DNA from: a virus
Virus record (IMG/VR): IMGVR_UViG_3300029319_000002
Span: 1 to 64,000 of that record
Direction: 5' to 3' (one strand)
DNA: 64,000 nt
Shown: positions 36,001 through 48,700 of the stretch, piece by piece
Layout of the letters: every line of letters starts with the position of its first letter
Numbering within the stretch: the first letter of the stretch is position 1
Made by a program: the position numbers and the translations under genes
Notes under the pieces: model-generated
The model's database searches: none
The model's input: only the letters and a program-made list of their open reading frames with translations
Told to the model about the DNA's origin: nothing

Positions 36001-39000
36001 GATCGAGGTTTCTCTCAGAATGTAGTTAATCTCTATCCTATGCTTGATAGAGATAATTATACTATGGACCCCTCTGCTTCACTATCAATTGCATCTAATA
36101 AGAGAGTTAGTGAAGTTGAAACTGGTGACTTAACTCAAAGTATTACTAAAGAATTTGTTAACTCACTACTTGTTAACAACAGATATGGTTTCAATATTAC
36201 AGATCTAACTTACGATCAAACCACTGGCATTACGACAGCTACCACTGATGTTCAGCACAACTTAAATAATTTAATTCAAGTTAGTATTGCTAACTCTGGT
36301 AGTGGATTTGGATTCTCTGGTATTTCAACAACGATCTACAATGCAAAACTAACTGGTGGAACTGGTGAAGGTGCTACAATTAGATTTACCACTAACACTG
36401 GTGGAAACTTCAGTTTAACATCCCCAGTCATTGTTGATGGTGGTTCTGGATACTCTGTTGGTGATACACTAACTGTTTCTAATGTTGGCATTCCTACATT
36501 CTCTGGTGGTGGTGTAAATTATTCTACCGCAACTTTAACGGTAACTAGTATAAACCAAGCAACTGAGAACTCAATTCAGATTGAAGACGCTATTGATCAT
36601 GGTGAAAAATCTAATGAGTTTAACGGGGTATTCAGAATTCTTAGTGTTCCTTCATCCAAAAAGGTTTCATTCTTACTCCCCCCTTCAAATAGTGGAATCG
36701 GAACTCATAAGAAGAATGGTAAGTTTATTCTTGCTGGATCACTTTCTACAATTACCAGCATTGAATATACTGATCCATCTACAGGAATTGTAACAGTTAC
36801 TTGTGGCACTGCTCATGGACTTAATATTGGTAATGCTTTCAAGATTGATTATAATGATGAGTCTTCACTAACAAGTTCTATTTACAATGGCAACTTTATT
36901 GTAAATGAAAGAGTTGGAATTAACACTTTCACATTTAAAATTGGAATGGGAGTTGCGACAGCAACACCCCCCACTAACGTAGGACACATTCTTCCTACAG
37001 GATATACTGCTCAAGAAGCAGATAGTGATTCAAGTAGAGAAAACATTGCAAGGAGAATGAACTCCTTCTATGTTGGTATTTCGACTACAATTAATTCTGG
37101 AATAACAACTTCTTCTACAACAGTAACTCTGTCAAATGCTGATGGATTTGAAAAAGGTGATTATGTTGAAATTGGATCTGAAATTGTTCGAGTTAAAAAT
37201 GCATTCTCTAGTAATCAAGCAGATATCTTAAGAGGTTTATTCGGAACTAGAGTCACATCTATTCCCGCAGGAACCCTTGCCAAGAAAATTAGACCAATTC
37301 CAGTTGAGGGAAGAAGATACTCTATTCTTCGTGCTTCTGGTCATACTTTTGAATATGTTGGTTTTGGACCAGGCAACTATTCTAATGCATTACCTCAGAG
37401 ACAAGACAGAATTCTTGATAAAACGGATCAACTTCTATCACAATCTGAAAAAACTGATGGTGGTGTAGTCGTTTACACTGGTATGAATGATAGTGGTGAT
37501 TTCTATGTTGGTAATAGAAGACTCAGTTCTAATACTGGACAAGAAGAAACCATTGGAATTCCAGTACCTAGATTTGTTGGTGATGATGGAGATGACACTA
37601 GACTCAGTGTTGTCTTTGATGACGTAACCGTCAAAGAGTTCATCAAGGTTGAAGGTGGAGCAGGAAACGTTATTACCTCTGAGTTTAATGGTCCTGTTGT
37701 ATTCAACAATAAAGTTAATTTCAATTCTGATCAGGGATCTGACTTCAAATTCATCACTCTAAAAGGAACTGATCCTGATAATACAAGAAGAAAGTATAGT
37801 GTAGGGATGGGAACACCCCTAGCAGATGCTGATAACAGTGTTGGTGATGTTGTATTCAAGAATGACCCCGTTCCTGGTGGATATGCTGGATGGATTTTTG
37901 CAGGAGAGGAAGGAAGTGAGAATAATAAGTGGAGAAAGTTTGGACTGATTGCACCCGAAGATGCTGAGCAAGATACTGATACTGATAGCAATATCAACTC
38001 TCCTCTTGGAAACTTCACTATTCTACCATCAAAAATTGGTATTAACACCAATCAACCACAAAGTGTAATTGAAGTTAAGGACGGACTTACTAGACTTGAC
38101 AGATTATATGTTGCAGGTATTGCTACATTCCAAGATTCAGTAACTCTTACAAATGTAACTCTTGATGATCTAACAATTAATGACAGACTATCAGTTTCTG
38201 GAACGGTTAGTATTGATGCTCCTGGTGGTTACGTTCTATCTGGAAATAGTCAGATCACAGGACTTACTACACATACTGGTGATTATGATTTAGTTGGTGG
38301 ATTACAAGTAGAGAATAGTGCTTCTGTTGGAGGAACTCTAACAGTTTCTGGAAATACTGATCTAAATCGCAATTTACAAGTTTCTGGTAATACAAGTCTT
38401 CTTGGTGCTTTAAGTGTATCTGGAATCACAACACTAGGTGATAAGTTAAATGTATCTGGATCACTATGTGTTAATGGAAGTTCTCTTCTATCTGGTGCAG
38501 TCCAAGCAAAAACTACTCTAAGTGTTGGTCAAAACCTAAATGTTGGTAATAATGCATCTGTTGGTGGAACTCTAAAAGTAACTGGAGACACATCATTAGA
38601 TGGTGGATTGAATGTATCTGCAGCAACTGTTCTCAAAGCAGGTCTAACAGTTTCTGGAAATACAGACCTTAATAAAGATCTCACAGTTAGTGGAAGCACT
38701 TCTCTCAACGGATCTCTAAGAGTTCTTGGAAATACTTCTTTAGATAATTCATTAACAGTTAGTGGTCCTACTACAATCAAGAATACACTAACACTTTCTG
38801 GAAGTGCAGACTTTAATAACAACTTACAAGTTTCTGGTAATGCATCTATTGGTGGAAACTTAAATGTTGATACAAATGCAGAGATTGCCGGAACACTTTG
38901 TGTTGGTGGTCAAACTCAACTCAAAGGTGACGTATGTGTCGGTGAAAGTTTAGTAGTTAATAATGGTGCAGTTATTGGTCAACAATTAACTGTTTCTAGT

Positions 39001-42000
39001 TCTTCTAATTTAATAGGAGAAGTAGTTGCAAGGAGTTACTTAGCTGTTTGTGGAAACTTAAGTGTTGGTGGAGATACAAATCTTAAGGGAGATTTTACAG
39101 TTTCTGGAGAGGCAGACTTTAATGATAACTTACAGGTTGCTGGTAATCTGTCTGTTGGTGGAAACACAAATCTCGATGGAGCTCTATCAGTCTCCGGAAA
39201 TACAACTCTTAGTGGAACGTTAAGTGTTAGACAGAGTTCAGTATTGAAAAACCCTGTAACAGTATGTGGACCTGGAGACTTAAAAATTGTTGGTACTGCC
39301 GCAAATGTACTCATTGAAGATCTTGATTTTAATCAACCAAGAATAGAATTTAAGGGTAAAGTTGTAGAAACTAGAAGAGTCAGAGCATATATTGAACCCT
39401 CAGAAGGTGGTTCTGCTTCTGCTAATGCTCAGGGACTATCAATCTTCACTGGTGGTCAACTTAAGGAAGCATTTACTGTATCTGGAAACCATACAATCAA
39501 AGTACCGGATCCAGATATTGCCAATTATCCAACTCCCGTATTTAGAATTGATGGTCCCAGTGGAGACACTGATATTAATGGATCCTTACAGGTATCTGGA
39601 AACGCAAGTTTTGGTGGTGATATATCTGTAAGTGGTTTACAAGTTTTCAGTAATCTAAGTGTTGGTGGTAACTTAAGTGTTAAAGGAAAAACATATCTCA
39701 GTGGAAGTTTAAGTGTTAAAGGAACAACATACCTTTCTGGTGATGTTACTGCAAAGTCTAATGTAAGTGTTGAAGACAATCTAGCTGTTGGTGGAATCAC
39801 AATCCTCCAGAGCATCTTACAGGTTAGGGGAGATGCAAGTTTTGCTACCAACGTAAGTGTTGGTGGTAATACATTTATTGGTGGAAATGCCTCAGTTGGT
39901 GGAACATTATGTGTTGAAGGTCAAGCATTCTTTAACAGTGATATTAATATTTCTGGAAATAGTTTATTCACCGGAAGAATAGATGTTTCTGGTGATGCAA
40001 TGCTCAACAGAAGTAGTGGTATCACTACAACCAGACAATTAGATGTAAATGGCAATGTACAGGCAAGTGGACTAGTTTGTGCTGGAACATTGAGAGTTAT
40101 TGGCACCACATCTCTCGGTAATCTTGATGTTAATGGCACTGCTTCATTCGCATCATCTGTTCAAATTGCAGGTAATACCTCAGTTGGTGGAGTTCTAAGA
40201 GTTCCTGGAACTGCTTCTATAGGAACGTTAAAGTCAAGTACTTTAAGTGCCCAAGGTCAAGCATTTGTAAATGAAAACTTGACAGTTACTCAAAATACTG
40301 ATCTAAATGGAAATCTAACTGTATCTGGAACAACCACTCTTTCTGGTGCAGTTCAAGCAAAAGGTAATTTAAGTGTTGGTGGAAGCACTTCTCTCAACGG
40401 AACTTTAACAGTTCTTGGAAATACTTCTTTAGATGGTTCATTAACAGTTAGTGGTAATACTCAACTCAAATCTAATGCATCTGTTAGTGGAAACTTATCT
40501 GTTGTTGGTGATACATCTTTAGATGGAGATACTTTCATCTCTGGACAATTGAGAGTTGATCAAACTTTACAGGTTCAAGGTAATACTTCTCTTGATAAAG
40601 ATTTGTATGTTAGTGGAAATGCAACTATTGCAAGAGCAATTGTTACTGGTAACTTAAGTGTTGGTGGAACCTTTAGTGCTGCTGGTAGTGCTAATATTGC
40701 TGGTGATGTAACAGTAAGTAGTTTAAGAACTCAAGGAAGACTGCAATCACAAGGAACTCTGTCTGTTGTAGGACAGACACAAATTCAAGGTCAGATTTCC
40801 GCTGCTGGTCAAATAAGATCTGCTGGCAGTATTATTGCTACACAAACTTTAAGAGCAACTGGCAACTTATGTGCTGATGGTAATGCTTTTATTAGTGGAA
40901 CATTACAAGTTACTGGTGCGTCTGAGTTCCAAGCAAAACTCAGTGCTAATACTATTAGTGCTTCTGGACAAGTAATCGTCGATCAACAGGTTCAGGCAGA
41001 TGGCAGTGGATTATTTGGTCAAACTGTAAGAGCAGGTGGTTCTTTATGTGCCCAAGGTCAAGCATTTGTAAATGAAAACTTGAGAGTTACTCAAAATACT
41101 CAACTCAAAGGCAATGCTTCTGTTGGTGGAACATTAAAAGTTGATGGAACTACATGCTTAAGTGGAGGTGCCACTATTTCTAGTGCATTACAACTAAAAA
41201 GTGAACTAGATTTCATTGGTGCTGTCGATAAGTATATTGACTTTATGTTGGTATCCAGTAATGCTTCTACATTTACTGCCAATTTTAGAAGTATGAATCA
41301 CGGAGGCCAGGGATTTCATAATCATTTAGTTTTTAATCGTGGTGCTGCTGTTGATTTATATCATAACAATAATCTAAAAGCAGCAACTAGAAGCACTGGT
41401 TTCTATGTTTCTGGAACATTATGTGCCCTTGGACTTGATGTTTGTGGAAATGGTAGAGTTACCGGTAATCTATCTGTTGGTGGAATCTTTAGAGTTGCTG
41501 GAGCTACATCTTTACAAGGAAATCTGGATGTTAACGGAACTCTTCAAGTTGCAGATGAATCTAATTTCCAATCAAAAATTAGCACTAATAATATTAGTTC
41601 TTCTGGACAAGTAAGAGTTGATGGTCAAATTAGTGCCGGTGGTTCTATTCTTGCTGGTCAAACTTTAAGAGCAAGTGGTAACTTATGTGCCGATAGTAAT
41701 GCATTTATTGGTGGAGCACTACAAGTTACTCAAGGCACTACACTTCAAGGTAATGCAACTGTTGGTGGAACCCTTAGAGTTGCTGGACTTACATCATTAC
41801 AAGGTGGTGTTGTAATTGATACATCCATGGATGTTCAGACTACAATGAATGCAAATGCCATTAGTATGTCTGGTACATTGACAATAGGTCAACAGGCAAA
41901 TCCAAATATTCAACTAGAGTCAAGCGCCTCTGGAGGACCATTTATTGACTTTGCTCGTTTTAAACAAGGACAATTACAAGATCGTGGTGCAAGAATAAGA

Positions 42001-42672
42001 CTTACTGGTGATAATGAACTTTCAATTCAAGATACCACTTCTGTTAAAATTGATGGTCAAACCTTTATTTCAGGTAAATTAAAATCAACTGGAGAATTAC
42101 AAACGGCAGGTTCTTTATGTGTTGCTCAATCAGCACAGGTTAAGGGTAACTTATCTGTAGGTGGAGCACTAAAAGTTGCTGCTGGTGTGTCATTACAAGG
42201 TGGTCTTGCAGTTACTGGAACATCATCTTTCAAAGGTAAAATACATGCAGATAGTATTAGTACGTCTGGTACATTTACTGTATGTGGTACTGCTCTTATA
42301 AAAAATGCTGCAACTGTATGTGGACCTCTAAAGACTACAACTATTTGTCATAGAGGAGCATCTGCTTTTGATCAATCAGGTAATGCTGATTTCTTCGCAA
42401 TCCGTGCTTTTGGTAGGATTGCTTCTAATGGTACCGTCCTGGCTGGTGCAAACTTCACCGCATCGAAGCAGACGTGTGGTAATTATTCAATAAACTTCCA
42501 GAAAGGTATTGGAAATCAAAAACCAACAGTTGTTCTTACCACCAGTGGTAGTAGCTCAGTTGCAAGAATAATAGCATACAGTAATGTAGGTGGACAAGGA
42601 TTCCAGTGTCACATTATTTCTGGTGATGGTGTTAGAAAGAGCTCTGGATTCTCATTCATGGCATTAGGATAA
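33025..42672 (+). CDS. Giant virion/tail-fibre protein (3215 aa)
   Basis: N-terminal ILYVNP...RPFKTIQRAL beta-helix start; beta-sandwich repeats; long GNLSVGG-type repeat shaft from about nt 38200. Confidence 0.85.
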   Translation: MPLSRLENFIKNVEGTILYVNPTDQDATDSIENQGNSLTRPFKTIQRALIEAARFSFVAGKDNDKFDKTTILVYPGTHKIDNRPGLSIDNNGGTAQYKDRFGNIASFGELTASSNFDIEDSANVLHYFNSVSGGVIIPRGTSLVGMDLRKTKISPLFVPDPQNSEIDRAAIFKVTGGCYFWQFSIFDGDPNGTVYKNYSNTRFTPNYSHHKLTCFEYADGNNTIELGAVTGGSAVSNNQTDLDSYYFKVSNAYGSSSGRAIPSWPTNEVLQPKLAENQIVGAVQADAIGITSVFSTNNTDYTFSGAVGKNVVVTTTIAHNLNVGTPIIVSGITTNSSAPSSDPTFNAEGGTVVAEVLSPTQFAFVASEDTVVTNPHLSGDETVQVEPDTVTGASPYIFNLSLRSVYGVNGLHADGSKATGFKSMVLAQFTGIGLQKDDNAFLLYNSTTGTYNDTTTVADSEKPLHINSKAIYKPEYETTHVKVSNGAVLQCVSIFAIGFANHFLAASGGDQSITNSNSNFGAKALIARGFRDAAFARDNSGYITHIIPPKNVVKEEESSFWVPLDVGLTTSHTVGTGSSDRLYTFGYSDEDVPPTHIIDQFRIGSRVADQLKLEVSNVTQTANIVMEGSTIATSQKISFVAKNTAGTANSITESTGSIFGLTGSHEFADGETVRILSDDGIIPDGIELDQKYFVIKTGLNADQIKLAKTFNEAVSSNTSAIENVNTTGGSLRIISAVSDKFPGDPGHPIQYDTTKNNWYINVKGDATNKIYKAIENSTTKVTSKSFISRKSDNRNLDDRIYKIRYVIPKEFLNAKPPAAGYVLQESSSTIVENTSEYSASIANLTDFRNLKVIHDIDYSSSLGIATVTSEIPHRITSGAKVKLNKVSSSNNTTAADKKGFNGIFDVQSVVDSKTFTINVPTVRDPGNFLSNRPAAITDRDENHPNFSINQYSEVYYIYRVNEISEYQENIQDGVYHLTCLLGSVNPTSSFFADRGFSQNVVNLYPMLDRDNYTMDPSASLSIASNKRVSEVETGDLTQSITKEFVNSLLVNNRYGFNITDLTYDQTTGITTATTDVQHNLNNLIQVSIANSGSGFGFSGISTTIYNAKLTGGTGEGATIRFTTNTGGNFSLTSPVIVDGGSGYSVGDTLTVSNVGIPTFSGGGVNYSTATLTVTSINQATENSIQIEDAIDHGEKSNEFNGVFRILSVPSSKKVSFLLPPSNSGIGTHKKNGKFILAGSLSTITSIEYTDPSTGIVTVTCGTAHGLNIGNAFKIDYNDESSLTSSIYNGNFIVNERVGINTFTFKIGMGVATATPPTNVGHILPTGYTAQEADSDSSRENIARRMNSFYVGISTTINSGITTSSTTVTLSNADGFEKGDYVEIGSEIVRVKNAFSSNQADILRGLFGTRVTSIPAGTLAKKIRPIPVEGRRYSILRASGHTFEYVGFGPGNYSNALPQRQDRILDKTDQLLSQSEKTDGGVVVYTGMNDSGDFYVGNRRLSSNTGQEETIGIPVPRFVGDDGDDTRLSVVFDDVTVKEFIKVEGGAGNVITSEFNGPVVFNNKVNFNSDQGSDFKFITLKGTDPDNTRRKYSVGMGTPLADADNSVGDVVFKNDPVPGGYAGWIFAGEEGSENNKWRKFGLIAPEDAEQDTDTDSNINSPLGNFTILPSKIGINTNQPQSVIEVKDGLTRLDRLYVAGIATFQDSVTLTNVTLDDLTINDRLSVSGTVSIDAPGGYVLSGNSQITGLTTHTGDYDLVGGLQVENSASVGGTLTVSGNTDLNRNLQVSGNTSLLGALSVSGITTLGDKLNVSGSLCVNGSSLLSGAVQAKTTLSVGQNLNVGNNASVGGTLKVTGDTSLDGGLNVSAATVLKAGLTVSGNTDLNKDLTVSGSTSLNGSLRVLGNTSLDNSLTVSGPTTIKNTLTLSGSADFNNNLQVSGNASIGGNLNVDTNAEIAGTLCVGGQTQLKGDVCVGESLVVNNGAVIGQQLTVSSSSNLIGEVVARSYLAVCGNLSVGGDTNLKGDFTVSGEADFNDNLQVAGNLSVGGNTNLDGALSVSGNTTLSGTLSVRQSSVLKNPVTVCGPGDLKIVGTAANVLIEDLDFNQPRIEFKGKVVETRRVRAYIEPSEGGSASANAQGLSIFTGGQLKEAFTVSGNHTIKVPDPDIANYPTPVFRIDGPSGDTDINGSLQVSGNASFGGDISVSGLQVFSNLSVGGNLSVKGKTYLSGSLSVKGTTYLSGDVTAKSNVSVEDNLAVGGITILQSILQVRGDASFATNVSVGGNTFIGGNASVGGTLCVEGQAFFNSDINISGNSLFTGRIDVSGDAMLNRSSGITTTRQLDVNGNVQASGLVCAGTLRVIGTTSLGNLDVNGTASFASSVQIAGNTSVGGVLRVPGTASIGTLKSSTLSAQGQAFVNENLTVTQNTDLNGNLTVSGTTTLSGAVQAKGNLSVGGSTSLNGTLTVLGNTSLDGSLTVSGNTQLKSNASVSGNLSVVGDTSLDGDTFISGQLRVDQTLQVQGNTSLDKDLYVSGNATIARAIVTGNLSVGGTFSAAGSANIAGDVTVSSLRTQGRLQSQGTLSVVGQTQIQGQISAAGQIRSAGSIIATQTLRATGNLCADGNAFISGTLQVTGASEFQAKLSANTISASGQVIVDQQVQADGSGLFGQTVRAGGSLCAQGQAFVNENLRVTQNTQLKGNASVGGTLKVDGTTCLSGGATISSALQLKSELDFIGAVDKYIDFMLVSSNASTFTANFRSMNHGGQGFHNHLVFNRGAAVDLYHNNNLKAATRSTGFYVSGTLCALGLDVCGNGRVTGNLSVGGIFRVAGATSLQGNLDVNGTLQVADESNFQSKISTNNISSSGQVRVDGQISAGGSILAGQTLRASGNLCADSNAFIGGALQVTQGTTLQGNATVGGTLRVAGLTSLQGGVVIDTSMDVQTTMNANAISMSGTLTIGQQANPNIQLESSASGGPFIDFARFKQGQLQDRGARIRLTGDNELSIQDTTSVKIDGQTFISGKLKSTGELQTAGSLCVAQSAQVKGNLSVGGALKVAAGVSLQGGLAVTGTSSFKGKIHADSISTSGTFTVCGTALIKNAATVCGPLKTTTICHRGASAFDQSGNADFFAIRAFGRIASNGTVLAGANFTASKQTCGNYSINFQKGIGNQKPTVVLTTSGSSSVARIIAYSNVGGQGFQCHIISGDGVRKSSGFSFMALG

Positions 42673-42676
42673 ACCC

Positions 42677-42705
42677 TTGACAAACTCTCTGAACTTATGT
42701 AGAAT
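42677..42705 (+). promoter_or_regulatory. Sigma70-type promoter inside the structural region
   Basis: TTGACA-17 bp-TAGAAT; inverted repeat TCTCTGAAC/GTTCAGAGA brackets the -10. Confidence 0.65.
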
Positions 42706-42774
42706 AACTCTGCTAGGGTTCAGAGAAGTATGTTAAATACTAAAGAGATAATGGTAATTATAAATTATTAAAAG

Positions 42775-45700
42775 ATGTCTAAAGAACAGATTTCATATAA
42801 TTTTTCTTCAACTGAAGTCATTAAAGAAGAAATAGAGGTTCATAATTTAACTATTGAATCTATTGATAAAGAATTACCTAAGTCTCAGGCAAAAGGTGAA
42901 GCTTTCACTAAATTAATTGCAGTTGTTGATCAAGAATTATTTTCAAAAGTATCTAGAGTTAATGAATTAGTAGATGAGATCAAAGGATTTCATGAAGCAA
43001 GATTAGCAGGAACTGGAAGTATAGGTGATTTAAATGCGATTCTTGAGACATATCAAACTAATGTTGTAGGTCTAGGTCTTTTAACTCCTTTTAATGATCC
43101 GTTATTTAACCCGAATACAAGTAATACTGGCAATAATTATTTAAATAGTAATCTTAATAAGGCAGCATGGTTCTCCAATATTGGAATTTCTTCAGTAGTT
43201 GTAGGACATACTACTACTGCAAATAAAAGTACTAGAGGTGTATTTGAACCTGTATATAGTCCAGAATTTGAGTATAGGTATAGAATTCAAGAACCTTGTA
43301 ATATTGAATTAAATGAGGAAGATCATTGGGATGGAGCAACATATGAATTTAAGATTGTAGAAAGAGAACCAGGAACTTATAAACAATCAGCTGATGGAGG
43401 TATTAGGGCAGAATATGTTCCAAAATTAATTTGTCCAATTGATGAAAGACCAAATGGTGCTGGTGAAATAACCATTAACAAAATTAATATTAGAATTTAT
43501 GGATATGATTTAGAAGGAGAAAATCCTGTTGAAATAGTAGAATCAGATCTGAGTGAAGATACCGTAGGAATTGGAACTCTTAATATTATAGAAGATGTTA
43601 AAAATGTCTACGATGTTGGTATTAATACTAATAATAGTATTAGTTTTTCATTTGATGGACAAACATTTAGTGGAAATATTACTGAAGGAAGTTCAAATTA
43701 TAATGCTTATATAAAACCTAGACTGGATGAAATTGATGATCTAAGAAAAGAAATTCAAGACCTCAATATTGACATCAATAAGATGAAGGATATGAGGATT
43801 AAGACGGATTTATATACTTGGTCACTTGCTTTTTCAAAAAACGATACTAACGATCAAAAAAATAAAAAATTTAATACTATAGGAACTTTTAATAAGTTTC
43901 AAGACAAATATAAAGAAGTTTTAAATTTTCCTGAACCAAAGAATGAGGAAATTACGAGAGGAAAAACTTTTGCAGAATTAACTGAAGAAGAAAAGGGTGA
44001 ATTATCTGAAACTTATGGACTTGGTATTCCAAAAAATATTAAACCAAAAGTTGGTGAAGATAATCAACCAATTACAAACCCTGTAACTGGTAAAAAAGTA
44101 TATATTTCAGATGACGGATTTAATACAAATTATGATGAGAAAAAATTAAAGAGATTTCTTAAAAAAAATCCTAGTGCAACTTTATTTAATGATTTTACTA
44201 TCACTGAATCAGGTTCAATTGTTGTAATTGATTCTACTGGAACTGCAACGACTTTTACTGGAATTACTACTCAAATCAATAGAGTGACTTCTGGTGGAAT
44301 GAATTCTGGTAATGTTGGTTCTGGAGTGTCTATTGTTCCTCAGGATTTTAATCTTCCTACAGGCATACCTACAAGTAATGTTTTACCATCTCCAGCATCA
44401 GAAGTAGGACTTGCTGTAACTTTTTCTGGATCTATTGGTGTTGCTACACTTGCATGGCAAGAAGGATATTTTGATGAAGTAACTGCTAACGTATTTGTTG
44501 GTGCTGCCACATCAATTAGAGCTGCTTCTATTGATAATAGTCTTGATGAAGATCTTCCATTGTTAATTACTGTTGGTGCAAGCACCGATACTAGAGCTGA
44601 TATAACACCAGTAGTTAATCATAAACTTACATTTAATCCCTTTTCAGGTGAGTTAAGTGTAGGTATTATCTCTGCAACTGAACTTATTGTTGAAACTGGT
44701 GTCATTGGTATTGCAACCGCTGCTAATGTTGAAGACGGTGGTAGTGATACTGATGGCATCTTACTATTCACTGATTTTATTGGAAATGCTGCAAATGTTC
44801 TTGGTGATTCCGGAATCAGAGTCAACCCATCTCGTAACGAGATTATTGCAAGTCGTTTTACTGGTATTGTTTCTGCAACTGATGTTACTGCAGGTGTTGC
44901 AACACTCAGTGAGTTGGGAGTTGCTGGTATTATAACTGCTGCTGAAAGTGAAATAGCTTTCTTTCAAACTCAATATTTCGCAAGGTCTTGGCCATATCAT
45001 GATTGGACTAATTCTCAGAAAGGAGTTACTCTTCGGACTCCAGGTCAAAATATAATAATTCAAGCCGGTGGTGCTCAGACAACTAGGAGTTATGTTTCTC
45101 TTACTAATGGTGGTGGTGTTTGGATCGGTGGTGGTTATCAAGATCCTGAAGGAGTTAATATCAATGCTGGTTCTGGTGATGTAAAAATAACTGGTGGTGA
45201 TGTCGGTATTGGTTCTACACAACCAACAGCAAAACTTGATGTAGATGGAACATTAAATGTATCCGGTGTTTCTACATTCACAGGTTCTATAAGTCTTCCC
45301 GATAGTTCTGGAGACACAGTTGGTAGAGCATTATTTGGTGATAATGATGACTTAAGAATTTATCATGATGGTAATAACAGTATCATTCAAGAGGTTGGTG
45401 CTGGAGATTTAAGACTTGCTGGTAATGTTGTTAAACTTAATAATTCAAATAATACTGCCACCATGGTTAAGGCTACTGATGGTGGATCAGTAGAACTCAA
45501 TTATAATAATTCTAAGAAACTTGAAACCGATGATTCTGGTATTGATGTAACAGGTCATATTGAGGCTGATACCTTAAATGTATCTGGTGTAACAACAGTT
45601 GGAACTATTGGTGCGGGAACTGGTGATATTACCACACTTAATAGCACTACTATTAGCAACTCAGGTCATCTAGAATCTGGATTTATTGATGTTGGAATTG

Positions 45701-48700
45701 TTACTGCCAACACTGGAATTATAACCAGTGGTTATGTTGAACAACTATCAGTTGAAGAGCAGATATTTACTACTGATGGTAATACTGATATCAACTCAAC
45801 GTTTGATCAAATAACAATTAGTTCTGATGCTCAGGGAAGGTCATTTACTGACTCTGATCAAGTAATTTATGTTGCAGGATCTCCTGGAATTGGTGGATTG
45901 ACTAATGGTCAATTCTATTATGTTCAGACAGTAGGAATCAATACAATTAAGTTGTACTCTGATTCAGCACTTTCTAGTTTAGTAGAGGTAACACCATCTG
46001 GTTCTGATGGTGTTCATACTTTCAGAAAAACTGAAGTTGGTATTGGAACAATCGAGAAGTTTTATTCAACTTCCGCAGAGATTAAAGATGTCAATGTAAC
46101 TGGAGTTGCAACTGTAGCATTCTCTACAACTACTGATGCTTATATTGGATTCTCTACTATCAATAATTTACAGATTAGAGGTCCGGTTGTAGCAGATCTA
46201 TTTGATATTTCTAACTTTGTATATGACAATAATACTGGAATATCTACAATCACAGTTGCTAGTGATATTACTTTCAGTGCAGGAGATAGAGTGACTCTAT
46301 CTGGAATAGCATTTACTTGTCCTGATGGTTCTGGCATAACCACAACTGTTTTTCCAGATGGAACACAAGGATTTGAATATCTAGTCAACACTAAACTTAC
46401 TAATAGAATATTTACTACTAATGTGGGAATATCTACTATCATTCATACTTATGATAGTGGTGGTCAAGTTACTTTTGGTCTCAATAACTCATATCAATTC
46501 CCTAACACTGATGGTGCTGCTGGTCAGATTCTAAAAACGGATGGATCCGGAACATTAACATTTGAAGCACCGGATACATTCGGTGGAAATAGAATTTATG
46601 TATCAGCAAGTCTTGGAAATGATATTAATGATGGTAAGAGTGCTCCTGTAAAAACTATTAAGAAAGCAGCACAACTTGCGGCAGCAGAAAGTTATCTGTA
46701 TCCTGTAACTATTATGGTTGCTGGTGGAAATTATGTAGAAGATAATCCTATTATTCTTGCTGATGATGTTGCTGTTGTTGGTGATAACTTAAGAAGAGTT
46801 GTAGTTAGACCAAAGAACAAACTAAGAGATTGCTTTAGAATTAGAAACGGTTGTTATGTAACAGGTGTTGTATTTAAAGATAATGTTACTTTCCCTGCCG
46901 GTGCCGGTGTAAGACATGATATCTTGGATCAAGCAGGAAATTATGCAAAAATTCTTGTCAACGGTGAAACTGGAACAGCAACAACTTACAGAACCTTTAT
47001 CAATCCAGTTGTTACTCCCGTTGTATCTTCTGCTAGTACTGTTGGTATTTGTAGTAGAATTGACGACTTAATTAAACTTACAAAAGATTCGTTAACTGAT
47101 GAGAAAACTAGTTTACCAACTAGATCTGCAGGTAATACTGATCAAGAGTTTACAGATGCTGGTAATTTAATTATTGCTAATATTGGTGCATCTGCTGGAG
47201 TTGCAAGTGTGGCATATATTCCAGGAAATGCTGTTGGTTGGTCAACTGCTGGTGGTGGTGGAAACTTCACATTATCTGATACTCAGATCACTGAATTTGA
47301 GGAAGAAGTTCATAATATTGTATTTGGTATTGCTGATGACTTAAGATATGGTGGAACTTTTGGAAATGAATATACTCTTAAAAAGATTAGAGATCTTGTA
47401 GTTGGAACTCCCTCTTTTGCGTTTGATTACATCGTATCTTTTGATGATCCTCTTGATACTACTACGAGTAGGGATGGATATGTTGGATTGTCATCAGATA
47501 AACCAAGAATTACACAATCTCCTTACATTCAAAACTGCTCTATTATTTCATTCTTAGGTGCAAATGGATGTAATGTTGACGGTAGTAAAATTATTCAAGA
47601 AAACGAACCTATCGTAGAGGAAGAGGCAGAAGTTCCTTTTGTTGGTGATGTTCCTGATCAAGGAAAATCAATGGTTGCAAATGCCTTCACCGCAGTTACA
47701 TTTGGTGGCATTGGTTGGAAAGTATCCAATGCTGGATATGCACAGATTGTTTCTTGTTTCCAAATCTTCTGTCAAATTGGTTCTTATGCACAATCTGGTG
47801 GATATCTATCAATCACCAACTCTGCAACCAACTTTGGATTATATGCTCTAAGAGCATCTGGATTTAGAGCACAAGCATTTGAGTTTGATAAGGGATTTAT
47901 ATTCTCTGATGGAACAAGTGGTGCAAATCAAACACTAAGAGTTGGTGGATTGAAAAGAGCTGAGCAAGATTTATATGTCTTAAGATTTATTAATGATGAT
48001 ACTGGTGTTGATCAAACAGAAAACTTTAAAACTGCAGGAATTACAACATCATTATCAAGTTCTGGAATTAATACTATAACTGATCGAATTGATATCAGTG
48101 GAGTTTCTGCATCATTATCAGATTCTGATGGATTACTTTACATTGCACCATCCAATGAAAAGCAAATAGGTGGACTTGTAAATGATACTACTTATTACAT
48201 TAAAAAGATTGGTACAGGAACTACTGCAACACTACACTTTGATGATGAATTAAGAAATCAGATTGATTTAACAGAAGTTCCTGCAGGTATTCATACTTTT
48301 ACTAAAGTTGCTGAAGAATTTATTGCGAGTGAAATTATTGAGAGAAGCACCACCTATCAGAATCTTACATTAGCAGATCCCATAGGAGTTGGTGTTACTT
48401 TTGTTCCTGGAACATCTATTTCTCAAGTTAGATCTGATAATGCAGTTGCTGTAGGATTTGCTGTTACTTGGACATCTAGTGTTCTCACTGTAAGTGTAGA
48501 GAACTCGATTGATGCCGATAATGCAACTGCTAGAGTGTTATTCCAAACAACAGCTACAGCTGCCGCAGGTAGTGGTGATGGAAAAGTTAATGATGAAAAT
48601 GACGTAAAAACAAGTATCAATGCTGTAGAAAGTAGAAGTGACTTACATACAATTAACTTTAAAGTAGATTCTACAATCACAGGTAATCCTATCATAGGAA

